From Terriglobales bacterium (GTDB lineage: Bacteria > Acidobacteriota > Terriglobia > Terriglobales > Acidobacteriaceae), in assembly GCA_049674665.1 (NCBI GenBank), contig JBATZM010000032.1, positions 16,987-80,986 on the forward strand: a stretch of DNA of 64,000 bases, read 5' to 3'. Shown here piece by piece: positions 1 through 8,986 of this stretch (within the stretch, counting starts at the first letter, position 1; every line of letters starts with the position of its first letter). Below the pieces are notes generated by a model. That model saw nothing but the letters and a program-made list of their open reading frames with translations. It had not been told where the DNA came from and did no database searches. Made by a program: the position numbers and the translations under genes.

Positions 1-254
1 CAGTCCGCCCCTGCGTCGGCAAACTCTGGGATGAAAAGGTCAGGGTTTTCTATCATCAGATGGCAATCCAACGGAAGCCGGGTTGCCCGGCGCAAAGATT
101 TAACCACCGGAGGCCCCAGCGTTAGATTAGGCACAAAATGCCCGTCCATAATGTCCACATGGATCACGCTTCCGCCGCCCGCAGTCGCCCGCTCGATCTG
201 ATCCGCCAGATGGGCAAAGTCCGCAGCGAGGATGGAGGGTGCGAGGTCGATCAA
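1..254 (-). CDS. rpe: ribulose-phosphate 3-epimerase, N-terminal part (gene continues past the left edge)
   Basis: Own reverse-strand translation from TTG 254-252: (M)[83 protein letters not shown], the canonical Rpe N-terminus. Absent from the ORF track because there is no stop inside the window. GTG at 284 is an alternative start. Confidence 0.85.
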   Translation of the reverse strand, partial: MIDLAPSILAADFAHLADQIERATAGGGSVIHVDIMDGHFVPNLTLGPPVVKSLRRATRLPLDCHLMIENPDLFIPEFADAGAD

Positions 255-424
255 AACTAGGGTCCAGGATGGCGCTAGGGTCACAGGCTGTGGAAATTTT
301 AGCACGGGGGACGGCAGGAAAGGACCGTGACATGATTGAAGTTCGGTCAGGGATCGGTTCTTCGTCCAACGCTGATTACAACAGTTGAGGCACGTCAAAA
401 AACCGCTAAAATGTTAACCGGTAT

Positions 425-1375
425 TTGATTGCGGTTGCTAATCCGATGAATCGTGAAGAATTCTCGACCTTTGTTTCGACGGCGCTCGACGAAGTCGTCC
501 AGTTCGCTGAAGAGAAAGCCGGGCAGAAGTTGCCTCGTACGTTCGCATTCCAGTGGTTGGGCCGCTCAGACCCACGCATAACTGAGAACATTGTTGAACA
601 GATTGTCAAACGTGTGTTTATGGATGAAGAGCATTTCTACACTTGCAATTTAACAGTCGTCGACCTTCTCGAAGACGGCTCACTACTCATCGTCGGAGAC
701 GTGGAAGATCATGCTTCTCGGCCATTCAAAACAAACTGGACGGGGCGTGAGTTACCGTTCATTCCGCACGTTGGTATATCTTTTCTGAACAAACTGGCGG
801 GCGTGAAAGACAGTCGATCACCCGATAAACCTTTCTCATCGATTAGTCCACACATGAGCAATCCCAGAGGACCTTGGCTAGTAAGGCCACACATCCCAAA
901 GTTTCCAGACAAGCTCCGAGATGACCTCGGTGCGATCACTCCTAGCAAGGCTGGGGACCTTACTTATTGGCCCTGTGCTGCACGTATGAAGGACGGGACC
1001 GTTCTCGTCTGCGTCTATGTCGTATCCGAGGGGCCGTACATCAGGCACTGGGGTGTCTATCCACAGCAAGATCGTGGGAAGAGTTATATTTCGCTTTCGG
1101 ATGTGGATGCACTGGCTGAAAGTCCGACGCGTTTGCCAGCGGAATTTGCGAACAAACTGTATGAAAGCGGGGAATCTGGCATGGGTTACACGATCTTCAC
1201 GGTTGTGTTTGCGGATGGCTCCCGTCAAGCATACGGTACTGGCAACGCTGTCGATTTCATTCGCTATCCAGAAGGGAAAGGCCAGAGCGATGTGGTTGAT
1301 GTTTTACCTCACGTGGGAAGAAACGCAGAACCAGTAAGCTGTCCAGAATATTACTGGTGCCTCTTCTGCGAATGA
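425..1375 (+). CDS. hypothetical protein, no recognisable domain
   Basis: 316-aa ORF (TTG 425; first ATG 446, MNREEF...). It fills the rpe-obg gap with no competing ORF. GC looks lower than the neighbours. Cys-rich C-terminus CPEYYWCLFCE. Confidence 0.6.
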   Translation: MIAVANPMNREEFSTFVSTALDEVVQFAEEKAGQKLPRTFAFQWLGRSDPRITENIVEQIVKRVFMDEEHFYTCNLTVVDLLEDGSLLIVGDVEDHASRPFKTNWTGRELPFIPHVGISFLNKLAGVKDSRSPDKPFSSISPHMSNPRGPWLVRPHIPKFPDKLRDDLGAITPSKAGDLTYWPCAARMKDGTVLVCVYVVSEGPYIRHWGVYPQQDRGKSYISLSDVDALAESPTRLPAEFANKLYESGESGMGYTIFTVVFADGSRQAYGTGNAVDFIRYPEGKGQSDVVDVLPHVGRNAEPVSCPEYYWCLFCE

Positions 1376-1443
1376 AAGTTTTCGCCGCTGCCGTAAACAT
1401 CGACATCACACTAACAATCCCATTCGCAGAGCCGCTGTCCAAT

Positions 1444-2505
1444 CTAAGCGCCGAAACGAGAAATCTTCGTTTCTTCTGCCTGCGCTGCCAGCGCCTTCCG
1501 CACCTTATCCACTTCCTCCGCCATAGCAAACTTCAGCTTTTCAATCCCCTCGCCGGTAACCGCCGAAATCGGATAAAGCTTCAGCTTCCGCCGAGTAGCC
1601 CATTGTTTAAGCTTCTTAAGTTTCTCCGGATTCGCTACATCGATCTTCGACGCGACCATCAGAGTAGGCTTCTTCTCCAGCCCGGCGCCGAAGCTGGCCA
1701 GTTCGCCAAGGATTACCTCAACATCTTTCACCACATCAGGACGCCCGCTTCCGTCCGAGACATCGACCATGTGCACCAGCAACCGCGTGCGCTCGATGTG
1801 CCGCAGAAATTGCGTGCCAAGGCCCGATCCGGCGTGCGCGCCTTCGATCAAACCCGGAATGTCGGCGACCACGAAACTTTCTTCTTTTCCCTTGTCGCCC
1901 ACGAGCACCACGCCGAGATTTGGTTCAAGCGTAGTAAATGGATAATCCGCAATCTTCGGACGCGCCGCCGAGATGACCGAAATGAGCGTCGACTTGCCCA
2001 CATTCGGATAGCCCACCAGGCCGACATCGGCGAGCAGCTTCAATTCCAGGCGGAAGTTGCGGTCTTCTCCGGGGCGTCCATCTTCGTGCTCACGCGGGGC
2101 TTGATGCGTGGAGGTAGCAAACTGCGCGTTACCGCGTCCACCGCGCCCGCCGCGAGCGATCACAACGCGTTCGTCGGGACGCGAAAAATCGTGGACAATC
2201 TCACCCGTGTCTTCGTCGTAGACGATCGTGCCCACCGGCACCTTCAGGACAATCCCTTCCCCATCGCGGCCAGTTTTCTTCGCGCCCTCGCCATGCCGTC
2301 CGCGCTCGGCCTTATATTCAGGATTGAAACGGAAATGCACCAGCGTGTTGTGGCGCTCGCTCGATTCCATCCAAATATCGCCGCCTCTACCGCCGTCGCC
2401 GCCCGAAGGTCCGCCGCGCGGAACGAATTTCTCCCGCCGAAACGCCATACAGCCGTTGCCGCCATCTCCAGCCTTGACTCGAATTTTGGCTTCATCGATA
2501 AACAT
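1444..2505 (-). CDS. obg: GTPase Obg/CgtA
   Basis: [45 protein letters not shown] (Obg fold) followed by the G domain [15 protein letters not shown]. Lies downstream of rplU-rpmA as in many bacteria. Confidence 0.97.
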   Translation of the reverse strand: MFIDEAKIRVKAGDGGNGCMAFRREKFVPRGGPSGGDGGRGGDIWMESSERHNTLVHFRFNPEYKAERGRHGEGAKKTGRDGEGIVLKVPVGTIVYDEDTGEIVHDFSRPDERVVIARGGRGGRGNAQFATSTHQAPREHEDGRPGEDRNFRLELKLLADVGLVGYPNVGKSTLISVISAARPKIADYPFTTLEPNLGVVLVGDKGKEESFVVADIPGLIEGAHAGSGLGTQFLRHIERTRLLVHMVDVSDGSGRPDVVKDVEVILGELASFGAGLEKKPTLMVASKIDVANPEKLKKLKQWATRRKLKLYPISAVTGEGIEKLKFAMAEEVDKVRKALAAQAEETKISRFGA

Positions 2506-2523
2506 GTTGTGTAGGATCTATCT

Positions 2524-2545
2524 GGCGCGGGCGCCCTCGCCCGCG
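2524..2545 (+). repeat. family A hairpin repeat
   Basis: GGCGCGGGCGCCCTCGCCCGCG: an 8-bp stem CGCGGGCG/CGCCCGCG with a CCCT loop, between rpmA and obg. Confidence 0.85.
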
Positions 2546-2772
2546 AAAAGTCAGCACCAAGACTCCCGTCGGAACAGCCGCTCTCGGCAGTCCGACAGAG
2601 CGAACCTCCGCAAATTCGTCGCAACGAAAAAGCCTCGACGCGAAGCCGAGGCTAGCAGCACCGGCATCTTGCCGGCTAAGGTTCGTATCAGGGTATCGCT
2701 TTAGCGATACCGCACATCGCGCGAAATAAACCGCCCTTTTAGGGGCTGGACATCGAAATCGCAGCCAACATC

Positions 2773-3042
2773 CTACTTCGCTTCGACGGCCTCGGGTTCG
2801 ACCATCACAAACTTCCCCATCGATCCCTTATTGATGAACTTAATCCGTCCCGTAATCTTGGCGAAGAGAGTGTCGTCCTTGCCGCGTCCGACGTTCAATC
2901 CAGGCTTAACCCGCGTACCGCGCTGGCGAACGATGATCGTGCCGCCCGGCACCAGTTGTCCGCCAAAAGCCTTAAAGCCAAGCCGCTGCGCGTTCGAGTC
3001 GCGCCCGTTTCGTGAAGTGCCTTGTCCTTTTTTATGCGCCAT
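2773..3042 (-). CDS. rpmA: 50S ribosomal protein L27
   Basis: [48 protein letters not shown], full-length L27. Confidence 0.98.
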   Translation of the reverse strand: MAHKKGQGTSRNGRDSNAQRLGFKAFGGQLVPGGTIIVRQRGTRVKPGLNVGRGKDDTLFAKITGRIKFINKGSMGKFVMVEPEAVEAK

Positions 3043-3060
3043 AAATCAGTTTCCGATTCT

Positions 3061-3080
3061 CAGTGGCCAGTTGCCAGTAA
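3061..3080 (+). repeat. heptad tandem repeat
   Basis: CAGTGGC CAGTTGC CAGTAA. Confidence 0.7.
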
Positions 3081-3093
3081 ATCCCAATTTCTC

Positions 3094-3123
3094 AATGATC
3101 CAACCTAAAATGATCCAACCTAA
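3094..3123 (+). repeat. perfect 15-bp tandem duplication
   Basis: AATGATCCAACCTAA x2. Confidence 0.9.
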
Positions 3124-3126
3124 CTT

Positions 3127-3164
3127 GTCATCCTGACCCTGAGCGGAGCCGAAGGACCTCATGC
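3127..3164 (+). repeat. family B repeat (GTCATCCTGAGCG...GAAGGACC)
   Basis: GTCATCCTGACCCTGAGCGGAGCCGAAGGACCTCATGC. Confidence 0.9.
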
Positions 3165-3196
3165 TCATGCTCATCCTCAGCGCCCAAAGAAAGCTG

Positions 3197-3697
3197 CTAT
3201 TTCTTTTTCTTCTTCGCCGCTTTTTTCTTCGGAGCCGATTTTTTCGCGTGCGGGTGCGCTACGTGCTTCGTCGCCTTTTTCCCCGGCCGCTTCGAGCGCT
3301 TCACTTCGCCGTGAGTCTCGTGTTCGCTGCCCTCGTGCGCCTTCTTGACCTTCTTCTCTTTTTTCACAAGCTCCGGGGCCTTAAACGACTGCCCATCAAA
3401 AGCAATCTCGGTGATGCGGACCGCGGAGTAATTCTGCCGATGTCCACGCAGCTTCTTGTATTGCTTCTTACGCTTGTAGTGGAAGACCAGGATCTTCTCG
3501 CCGCGTCCCTGCTCGACGACCTCGCCGCTCACGAGCGCTCCCGATCCTGGAGGCAGAACGCTGCCCGCCTCAGCCGAGACAGCCAGCACGTCGCCGAACT
3601 CAACTTTGCCGTCCTTGTCTTCCTGTGTTTCTACCCGGATCACGTCGCCCGGGGCGACGCGATACTGCTTTCCACCTGCGCGGATCACCGCGTACAT
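3197..3697 (-). CDS. rplU: 50S ribosomal protein L21 with lysine-rich C-terminal extension
   Basis: MYAVIRAGGKQYRVAPGDVIRVE...VFHYKRKKQYKKLRGHRQNYSAVRITEI is the L21 core (about 100 aa). An extra tail of about 60 aa follows, ending AKKSAPKKKAAKKKKK. Confidence 0.95.
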   Translation of the reverse strand: MYAVIRAGGKQYRVAPGDVIRVETQEDKDGKVEFGDVLAVSAEAGSVLPPGSGALVSGEVVEQGRGEKILVFHYKRKKQYKKLRGHRQNYSAVRITEIAFDGQSFKAPELVKKEKKVKKAHEGSEHETHGEVKRSKRPGKKATKHVAHPHAKKSAPKKKAAKKKKK

Positions 3698-3729
3698 AAA
3701 CTCTCCTTGGACTCGTGTTCCTTAATCTC

Positions 3730-3775
3730 GTGTAGGGACGGGACTTTGCCCCATCCAAGCCGAGTACAGCTCGGC
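3730..3775 (+). repeat. family A repeat, long form (degenerate)
   Basis: GTGTAGGGACGGGACTTTGCCCCATCCAAGCCGAGTACAGCTCGGC. Compare with the copy at 26874-26922. Confidence 0.75.
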
Positions 3776-3875
3776 AGATACAATCTTGTGCTTGCTGTTT
3801 TCCCGCAACGGCTTGTGACCGGAAACGCGGCGCGGCCCCAGAACGGGTCCGCAAGTACAGGCAAACTCAACTAGT

Positions 3876-4160
3876 CTATCGTGCGCTGTGGAAATCGGTC
3901 AAACGGAAGTCTGCACTCCTGAATCTTCGGTGCAGTCCTTCTACAATCAGGCCAACGAACGCATAGGTAGCCGCATTGGCTAGAAGAACCCAGAAGAAAT
4001 AAAGCCCGAAATGGAAATAAAAACTAGCAAGCACAACTGGGCAAGTTAAGCGGACGAGAGCCCACACCATCGGTTCGGCTGAAGCTACCTGAACTGGGGA
4101 CACTGCAAGGACATAAAAATTCCAGCCCGCCGCAATCAGAAAGCCTGCACTCGCCCACAT
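3876..4160 (-). CDS. small hypothetical membrane protein (about 94 aa, 3 predicted TM segments)
   Basis: Only the C-terminal part of ORF 3876..4556 is credible, from ATG 4160: MWASAGFLIAAGWNFYVLAV...FYFHFGLYFFWVLLANAATYAFVGLIV. The upstream part overlaps the 3' end of the glycosyltransferase gene. Confidence 0.45.
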   Translation of the reverse strand: MWASAGFLIAAGWNFYVLAVSPVQVASAEPMVWALVRLTCPVVLASFYFHFGLYFFWVLLANAATYAFVGLIVEGLHRRFRSADFRLTDFHSAR

Positions 4161-4239
4161 GGCAATTCGGTATTTCACGCCGCTGCTCCCAACTGCTCTC
4201 TGCCCGAATGATCTCACTAATTCCCCTAAAACTCCAACG

Positions 4240-5625
4240 TCAATTCCAGTGGTGGGAGTGCCACCAGATTTTCTGGATGTCGAACTTGACGCCGCGACAA
4301 AGATAAATCGGCGTGTTCTCCTCGCCCATGCCAAAGCGCTCATGGTGTTCGAAAGCCTGAAATGAAGTGCAGTTGTCGCGCACGTCATCGAGGCTCCATT
4401 CGAGCACGATGAGGTTCTTGTAGACCTGCGGAGGCGGACCCCAATACCAATGGTTCTGGTGGCGGGAGTAGGCGCGCGGCAACCCGTATTGCGAGCCGAA
4501 CTCATTAACCGCTCCAGCTTCACCATAGTTACCGGCCCAAATGCCGGTATTGGCACGGTCTTCCGGTGATAACGAGTTGTAGATGCCGGCGACCTCGCTT
4601 ACCATCTCGGGCCATCCGAACTGGTCGGCGATCGCTTGCGGTAAGAGTGATTCGTGGTGCACCTCTTCCTTGGCAGGCTTGAATCCAATCGCACTCTGAT
4701 AGGCGAGAAGCCGCTCTGGAGGCAGAATCCAAACCATCATCGGCAGTAGCGGAAGCGCCGCAAGAACGATGACGATGACGACCGCCGCTCGTGTCCAATT
4801 GGCGCGGTGGGCCAGCCAGATTTCGAAAACGACAGCGCCGCTGGCAAGCAGCATCGGATAAATCGGGAACACGTAGTAGTCTTTGCCGTGCGCGACCTCC
4901 ATCAATACGAAGAAGACAACAAAGGTCAGGCCCAGCACGCGCCAGCGGCGCTCGCGGAGAAACCAAATCAGCCCTGAGAGCCACACCGGAAACAGGATCG
5001 GTTGCATGGCGAGGATCTGCTGCTTCACGAACGCCAGCGGCCCGAGCACCACGTTCTTGCCTTCGCGGCGGACATTGGCCAGGTCTTCGATGGTGGGAAA
5101 GTGATGGCGGATTTGCCAGATGAGGTTCGGGAGAAAGAGCGCGACCGCGATTCCCCCCGCAATCCAGATCCACGGCTTTGCAAACTCGCGGCGATGATGC
5201 GTCAGAAGCAGAGCGACGGTGACGGCGAATCCGAAAGACAACGTGGAGTGCTTGTTCTCAAGTCCCAGTCCTGCCAGCACGCCAAACCATAGCCAGAGCC
5301 GTGAGTCTCCGGTGCGCAGGATGCGCGCGACTACCCAGATGCAGCCCATCCAGAACAGCGGTTCGAAAGCATTCATGCTGAGGAAATTGTCCAGGACCAG
5401 AACGGCGGGGCAGAGCAGAATGCAGAGCCCGGCAAGGAATTGGGCGTAGCGTCCGCCGCCGAGTTCACGCGCAATCGCCATCGTGAGCGCAATGAGTGCT
5501 GCACCAGCGAGTGCGGGAATGATGCGCAGCGCCGCCAGAGAACCGCCCATCCACAGCGCAATCTTGGCGTAAACGGCGATCAGTGGAGCGGCGTCGACAT
5601 AGCCCCAGTCGAGATGGCGAGCCAT
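4240..5625 (-). CDS. GT-C fold glycosyltransferase, family 39-like (ArnT/PMT-type, polytopic membrane)
   Basis: About 12 hydrophobic segments with a C-terminal soluble domain. The family-typical N-terminus continues in frame upstream of ATG 5625 (...LPPLAVGILIGLCTAKLLLHLFTSVRHYGYFRDELYYLD-MARHLDWGYVD) up to a stop at 5791-5793. There is no ATG/GTG/TTG in that stretch, so the true 5' end is probably near CTG 5784 (see findings). Confidence 0.8.
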   Translation of the reverse strand: MARHLDWGYVDAAPLIAVYAKIALWMGGSLAALRIIPALAGAALIALTMAIARELGGGRYAQFLAGLCILLCPAVLVLDNFLSMNAFEPLFWMGCIWVVARILRTGDSRLWLWFGVLAGLGLENKHSTLSFGFAVTVALLLTHHRREFAKPWIWIAGGIAVALFLPNLIWQIRHHFPTIEDLANVRREGKNVVLGPLAFVKQQILAMQPILFPVWLSGLIWFLRERRWRVLGLTFVVFFVLMEVAHGKDYYVFPIYPMLLASGAVVFEIWLAHRANWTRAAVVIVIVLAALPLLPMMVWILPPERLLAYQSAIGFKPAKEEVHHESLLPQAIADQFGWPEMVSEVAGIYNSLSPEDRANTGIWAGNYGEAGAVNEFGSQYGLPRAYSRHQNHWYWGPPPQVYKNLIVLEWSLDDVRDNCTSFQAFEHHERFGMGEENTPIYLCRGVKFDIQKIWWHSHHWN

Positions 5626-5920
5626 GTCGAGGTAATAAAGCTCGTCGCGAAAGTAGCCGTAGTGGCGGACGCTGGTGAAGAGGTGCAGCAGGAGCTTGGC
5701 TGTACAGAGGCCGATCAGAATGCCGACTGCGAGAGGCGGAAGCGCCTGATTGCGGCGTTCATTATCGGCAACAGTCGTAAGCAGAGAACCTCACCCCCGA
5801 AGTTGGTTCTTGGAGAGTACTCTTTCAGAGTATCTTTCAGGATAACTCTCAGACTATCTCTGCTGAGTCCAGCAAAATCCGCGATCCAATGACGCGGGCT
5901 TTCTCGAAAAAAAATCGTAC

Positions 5921-6709
5921 CTAATTTGCCCATCCGAAGAACAAGGCGACGACTCCAACCGTGTCAATTAATCCATGCGCCAGAATGCACACCCACAGGT
6001 TGCGTCCAGACAGCAGATAAGCGGTACCGAGAACCAACCCGGCCATGCCGGAATCCACGATTCCCGACGGGCCTTTGTAATAGTGTCCATATCCGAAAAG
6101 CACCGACACCATCAGGACCGCAATCCAGTACATGGTTTGGGAACGCGCGCCCACGTCTGCCGCGCGCGTGACCAGGTAGCCGCGGTAGCTGATCTCTTCT
6201 CCAAATGCGGCAAAGGTCCAGACGATCAGAAGCCAGCGCAGAGCCACCATCCAGTGGCCAGTGATTCCCTCAAAACCGCTTGGCCCGACTGCGGGCGGCC
6301 AGAAGTGGGCCGTAATCGGATCAGTTACAAACTGACCGAGCAGAATTCTTACAGCAGCAGCCGCAAGCGCGAACAAAACAGTTCGCCGCCATGAGATCGG
6401 CCAGCGCAGTCCAATCACTCCCCAGCCGCCGTCGCGCACGCGCAGTGAAATCAATCCGATTACAAAAAGGATGGGCACTTCGTTGGGAATAACGTGATAG
6501 ACGTTGTGGCCGATCACAATCGCGCCGCCCATTACAAATTCCGCCAGGGAAATCCATCGCTGCGTGGGCGTCAGTCCATTTCTCGGCAACGGACTTGATT
6601 CTGTTGCGCTGGGAGCCAGCGTCCCGCTTACGTTTGTCATTTCTATCGACGTCATCAAAGTTCTATCCATTGTTTCTCCTTCCGTTCCGGTCTTGGCCCA
6701 AATAAGCAA
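5921..6709 (-). CDS. CPBP family intramembrane glutamic endopeptidase (CAAX protease/Abi family)
   Basis: Motifs FGEEISYRGYL (EExxxR), FGYGHYYKG (FxxxH) and ILAHGLID, with multiple TM helices. Last gene of the PadR operon. Confidence 0.85.
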   Translation of the reverse strand: MLIWAKTGTEGETMDRTLMTSIEMTNVSGTLAPSATESSPLPRNGLTPTQRWISLAEFVMGGAIVIGHNVYHVIPNEVPILFVIGLISLRVRDGGWGVIGLRWPISWRRTVLFALAAAAVRILLGQFVTDPITAHFWPPAVGPSGFEGITGHWMVALRWLLIVWTFAAFGEEISYRGYLVTRAADVGARSQTMYWIAVLMVSVLFGYGHYYKGPSGIVDSGMAGLVLGTAYLLSGRNLWVCILAHGLIDTVGVVALFFGWAN

Positions 6710-7342
6710 TCAGCCTTTAGGGAACACCAGCGATCTCCGATATTGCCGCACGAACCAGACCGCAATATGCGTGGTCAGCATCACGAGCCCGCATCCCACG
6801 ACCGTGCCGATGGGTATGATCCACCAGCCCAATACGTCCCTGCCACCCGCCGGCACAGTCCCAAATCCAAGTCGAAAAGACATCTCAAAGTCGCCGCTGC
6901 CATTAGGAAAAATCCACAATCCTGCTGTGTACGGATGCAATGGTTTCAACACTGCCACTAGAATGAAAACAACTCCGAAGAAATATCCACAGATGGAACC
7001 GAGCAACACAAAGAAGCCGGCAACACTCAGGCTTGCCCAGCCGAATAAGCTCCTCAGAATCTGAACCGGCGACCTGCTCACCTCGGCACGCGCCAGCAGG
7101 TTATCGGTCAAGTATTGGCTGGCCAGTTCTTCCGGAGAGCCCAGCGCCGCCAATGCCGCATCAACTCCAACAGCCGTGATTTCTCCGTTCGCTTCTCCGG
7201 AAGCAGCGGCCTTATCCATAACATGGCTGCGCAGCTCCTCGACGATCTCACGGACCTCTTCGTCGTTAATGCCGCGCAATTGCCCACGCAGCCTGCCCAG
7301 ATACGCATCGATTTTCTGCTGCGAATCGCCTGTTATGGTCAT
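6710..7342 (-). CDS. PadR-associated DUF1700-like membrane protein
   Basis: N-terminus MTITGDSQQKIDAYLGRLRGQLRGINDEEVREIVEELRSHV resembles DUF1700, and the C-terminal half has 3-4 TM helices. Its start overlaps the PadR stop by 4 nt. Confidence 0.65.
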   Translation of the reverse strand: MTITGDSQQKIDAYLGRLRGQLRGINDEEVREIVEELRSHVMDKAAASGEANGEITAVGVDAALAALGSPEELASQYLTDNLLARAEVSRSPVQILRSLFGWASLSVAGFFVLLGSICGYFFGVVFILVAVLKPLHPYTAGLWIFPNGSGDFEMSFRLGFGTVPAGGRDVLGWWIIPIGTVVGCGLVMLTTHIAVWFVRQYRRSLVFPKG

Positions 7343-7713
7343 CTGTTCTCCTTCACGAGGGGAGCGAGCAGCTTGGTCATGCTCGACGAGAAACGCGCCC
7401 AGACCGCGGTCATCTCGACAGCCCGTCGTTTCCCAGCAGGAGTGAGCGCATAATATTTCCGCGGATGTCCGGCATCAGACTCGACCCACTCGCTGCGCAC
7501 AAGGCCAAGCGTCTTTAACCGGCTAAGCAGCGGATAAACCGTTCCCTCCGATACGATCAAATCGGAATCGCTTTCCAGCCGCCGCAGAATTTCCAGCCCA
7601 TAACGTCTTCCGTCCCACAACGCAGCCAGAATGGCCAGTTCAAGACAGCCTTTGCGAAGTTGGACTTCCCATTTATCGCCAGCCTCTTGCTCGCGCGTTT
7701 CGCGCTCCTTCAT
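7339..7713 (-). CDS. PadR family transcriptional regulator
   Basis: LELAILAALWDGRRYGLEILRRLESDSDLIVSEGTVYPLLSRLKTLGLVRSEWVESDAGHPRKYYALTPAGK, a winged-helix PadR signature. Start placed at ATG 7713 (MKERET...); the ORF is open to 7749. Confidence 0.92.
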   Translation of the reverse strand: MKERETREQEAGDKWEVQLRKGCLELAILAALWDGRRYGLEILRRLESDSDLIVSEGTVYPLLSRLKTLGLVRSEWVESDAGHPRKYYALTPAGKRRAVEMTAVWARFSSSMTKLLAPLVKENR

Positions 7714-7886
7714 GTCGATACTATGTATTGCAAGGTATAGTGTTGTCAATAGCTAATACTTGGCAACTGTGTACTGAAAGTCCGGAAAGGTTTTCGAATG
7801 AATCGATGGAAAAAGCGGGCTTCTCCTCCATTTGGCCGGGTGGGGACGCCCGGCGCTCTACTGGCAGAGCGAAGGGCAATTTTCTC

Positions 7887-8336
7887 TTAGAACACTTTGG
7901 CCGAATCCAGCAGGATCGTGACCGGCCCTTCGTTCACCAGTTTCACCTGCATGGTTTCCTGGAAGCGTCCAGTTTCGCAGCGCAGACCAGCAACGCGGAT
8001 TTTCTCCACAAAATATTCGTAAAGTTCGCGCGCCTGCTCGGGCGGAGCGGCCGCGTCGAACGATGGACGCCTGCCCCGGCGCACGTCTCCGTAGAGGGTA
8101 AATTGCGAAACCACGAGTAGCGCGCCGCCAACCTCGATGACCGGCAAATTCATTTTGCCGGAGGCATCTTCAAAAATGCGCAGGCCAATTATTTTCTCAG
8201 CAAGGTAATCGGCATCGCTGCGCGTATCTCCCGCTCCCACCCCGAGCAGCACCAGCAGTCCGAGGCAGATCTCGCCTGTGGTCTCTTCGCCCACGGTAAC
8301 TTTCGCGCGGCTAACACGCTGCACTACGGCGCGCAT
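7887..8336 (-). CDS. dtd: D-aminoacyl-tRNA deacylase
   Basis: [15 protein letters not shown]...[19 protein letters not shown]...GPVTILLD, 149 aa, typical Dtd. Confidence 0.95.
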   Translation of the reverse strand: MRAVVQRVSRAKVTVGEETTGEICLGLLVLLGVGAGDTRSDADYLAEKIIGLRIFEDASGKMNLPVIEVGGALLVVSQFTLYGDVRRGRRPSFDAAAPPEQARELYEYFVEKIRVAGLRCETGRFQETMQVKLVNEGPVTILLDSAKVF

Positions 8337-8789
8337 TTAATGGCTGGCCTCAGTGAGAGTGAGAAGCGATTCCTGTCCAACTAGCGCTTGCCAGCGGCCA
8401 TCGCGATATGTGTATACGTCGGTGAAGCGGACGCGAGCCACGACCTTACCGGACCCGTCAACCAGCGTGGCAAGTCCACGGGTAAATCCCAAATTGCCTT
8501 CGATGTGCGCGCGCATTTCTGAGAGTTGATTGGTGCCGGGTTTCTTGTGCGGAATCTGCTCCAGCGTCTGGCTGCGAGTATGCAACGAGCCATCGGGGGC
8601 GGCATCTTCAAATTCGTCGGCTAACATGCAAGCTACGGTGTCAGCGTCCTTGCGGCTGAGGGCTGCGGCCCAGTTCTGTTCCAGTTCGATGAGCGTGGCC
8701 TCGGTCTTCGGCTGGTTCTTGGGGCAGTCGGCGGCCAGTGCGGACAACGCGAGTGCCAGTGTAACGGCAAGCAGGGTCAGGATTTTCAC
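8337..8789 (-). CDS. secreted SnoaL-like/DUF4440 (NTF2 fold) protein
   Basis: LIELEQNWAAALSRKDADTVACMLADEF...FTDVYTYRDGRWQALVGQ. Signal peptide from GTG 8789 (VKILTLLAVTLALALSALAADC). Directly abuts the dtd start. Confidence 0.7.
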   Translation of the reverse strand: MKILTLLAVTLALALSALAADCPKNQPKTEATLIELEQNWAAALSRKDADTVACMLADEFEDAAPDGSLHTRSQTLEQIPHKKPGTNQLSEMRAHIEGNLGFTRGLATLVDGSGKVVARVRFTDVYTYRDGRWQALVGQESLLTLTEASH

Positions 8790-8825
8790 GTCCAAATCGT
8801 GACATGAGTTCGACGAAGTGAGCAA

Positions 8826-8846
8826 GTGTGGTGACGGGGCTGTGCC
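8826..8846 (+). repeat. family A repeat (partial)
   Basis: GTGTGGTGACGGGGCTGTGCCC. Compare with the copy at 46428-46453. Confidence 0.7.
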
Positions 8847-8986
8847 CTTTCTGAGCTGGGCCTAGACTCGCTGCCACACAATCTAAAGGCTCGGTCAATG
8901 GTCATTGCATTTCGCGTTGACCCTTTTCGCCGAGGCTCCTACAATCCGGAGTTCTCTGCAAGCGAACTTTTCTGGAGTTCAAAACA

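Noticed and set aside
1357-2514. 385-aa ORF on the + strand
   Set aside because: It is exactly antisense to obg, whose homology is unmistakable. The translation is Arg/Leu/His-rich low complexity, typical of shadow ORFs in GC-rich DNA.
3161-3874. 237-aa ORF on the + strand
   Set aside because: It is antisense to rplU. The Leu/Arg-rich sequence mirrors the Lys-rich tail of L21.
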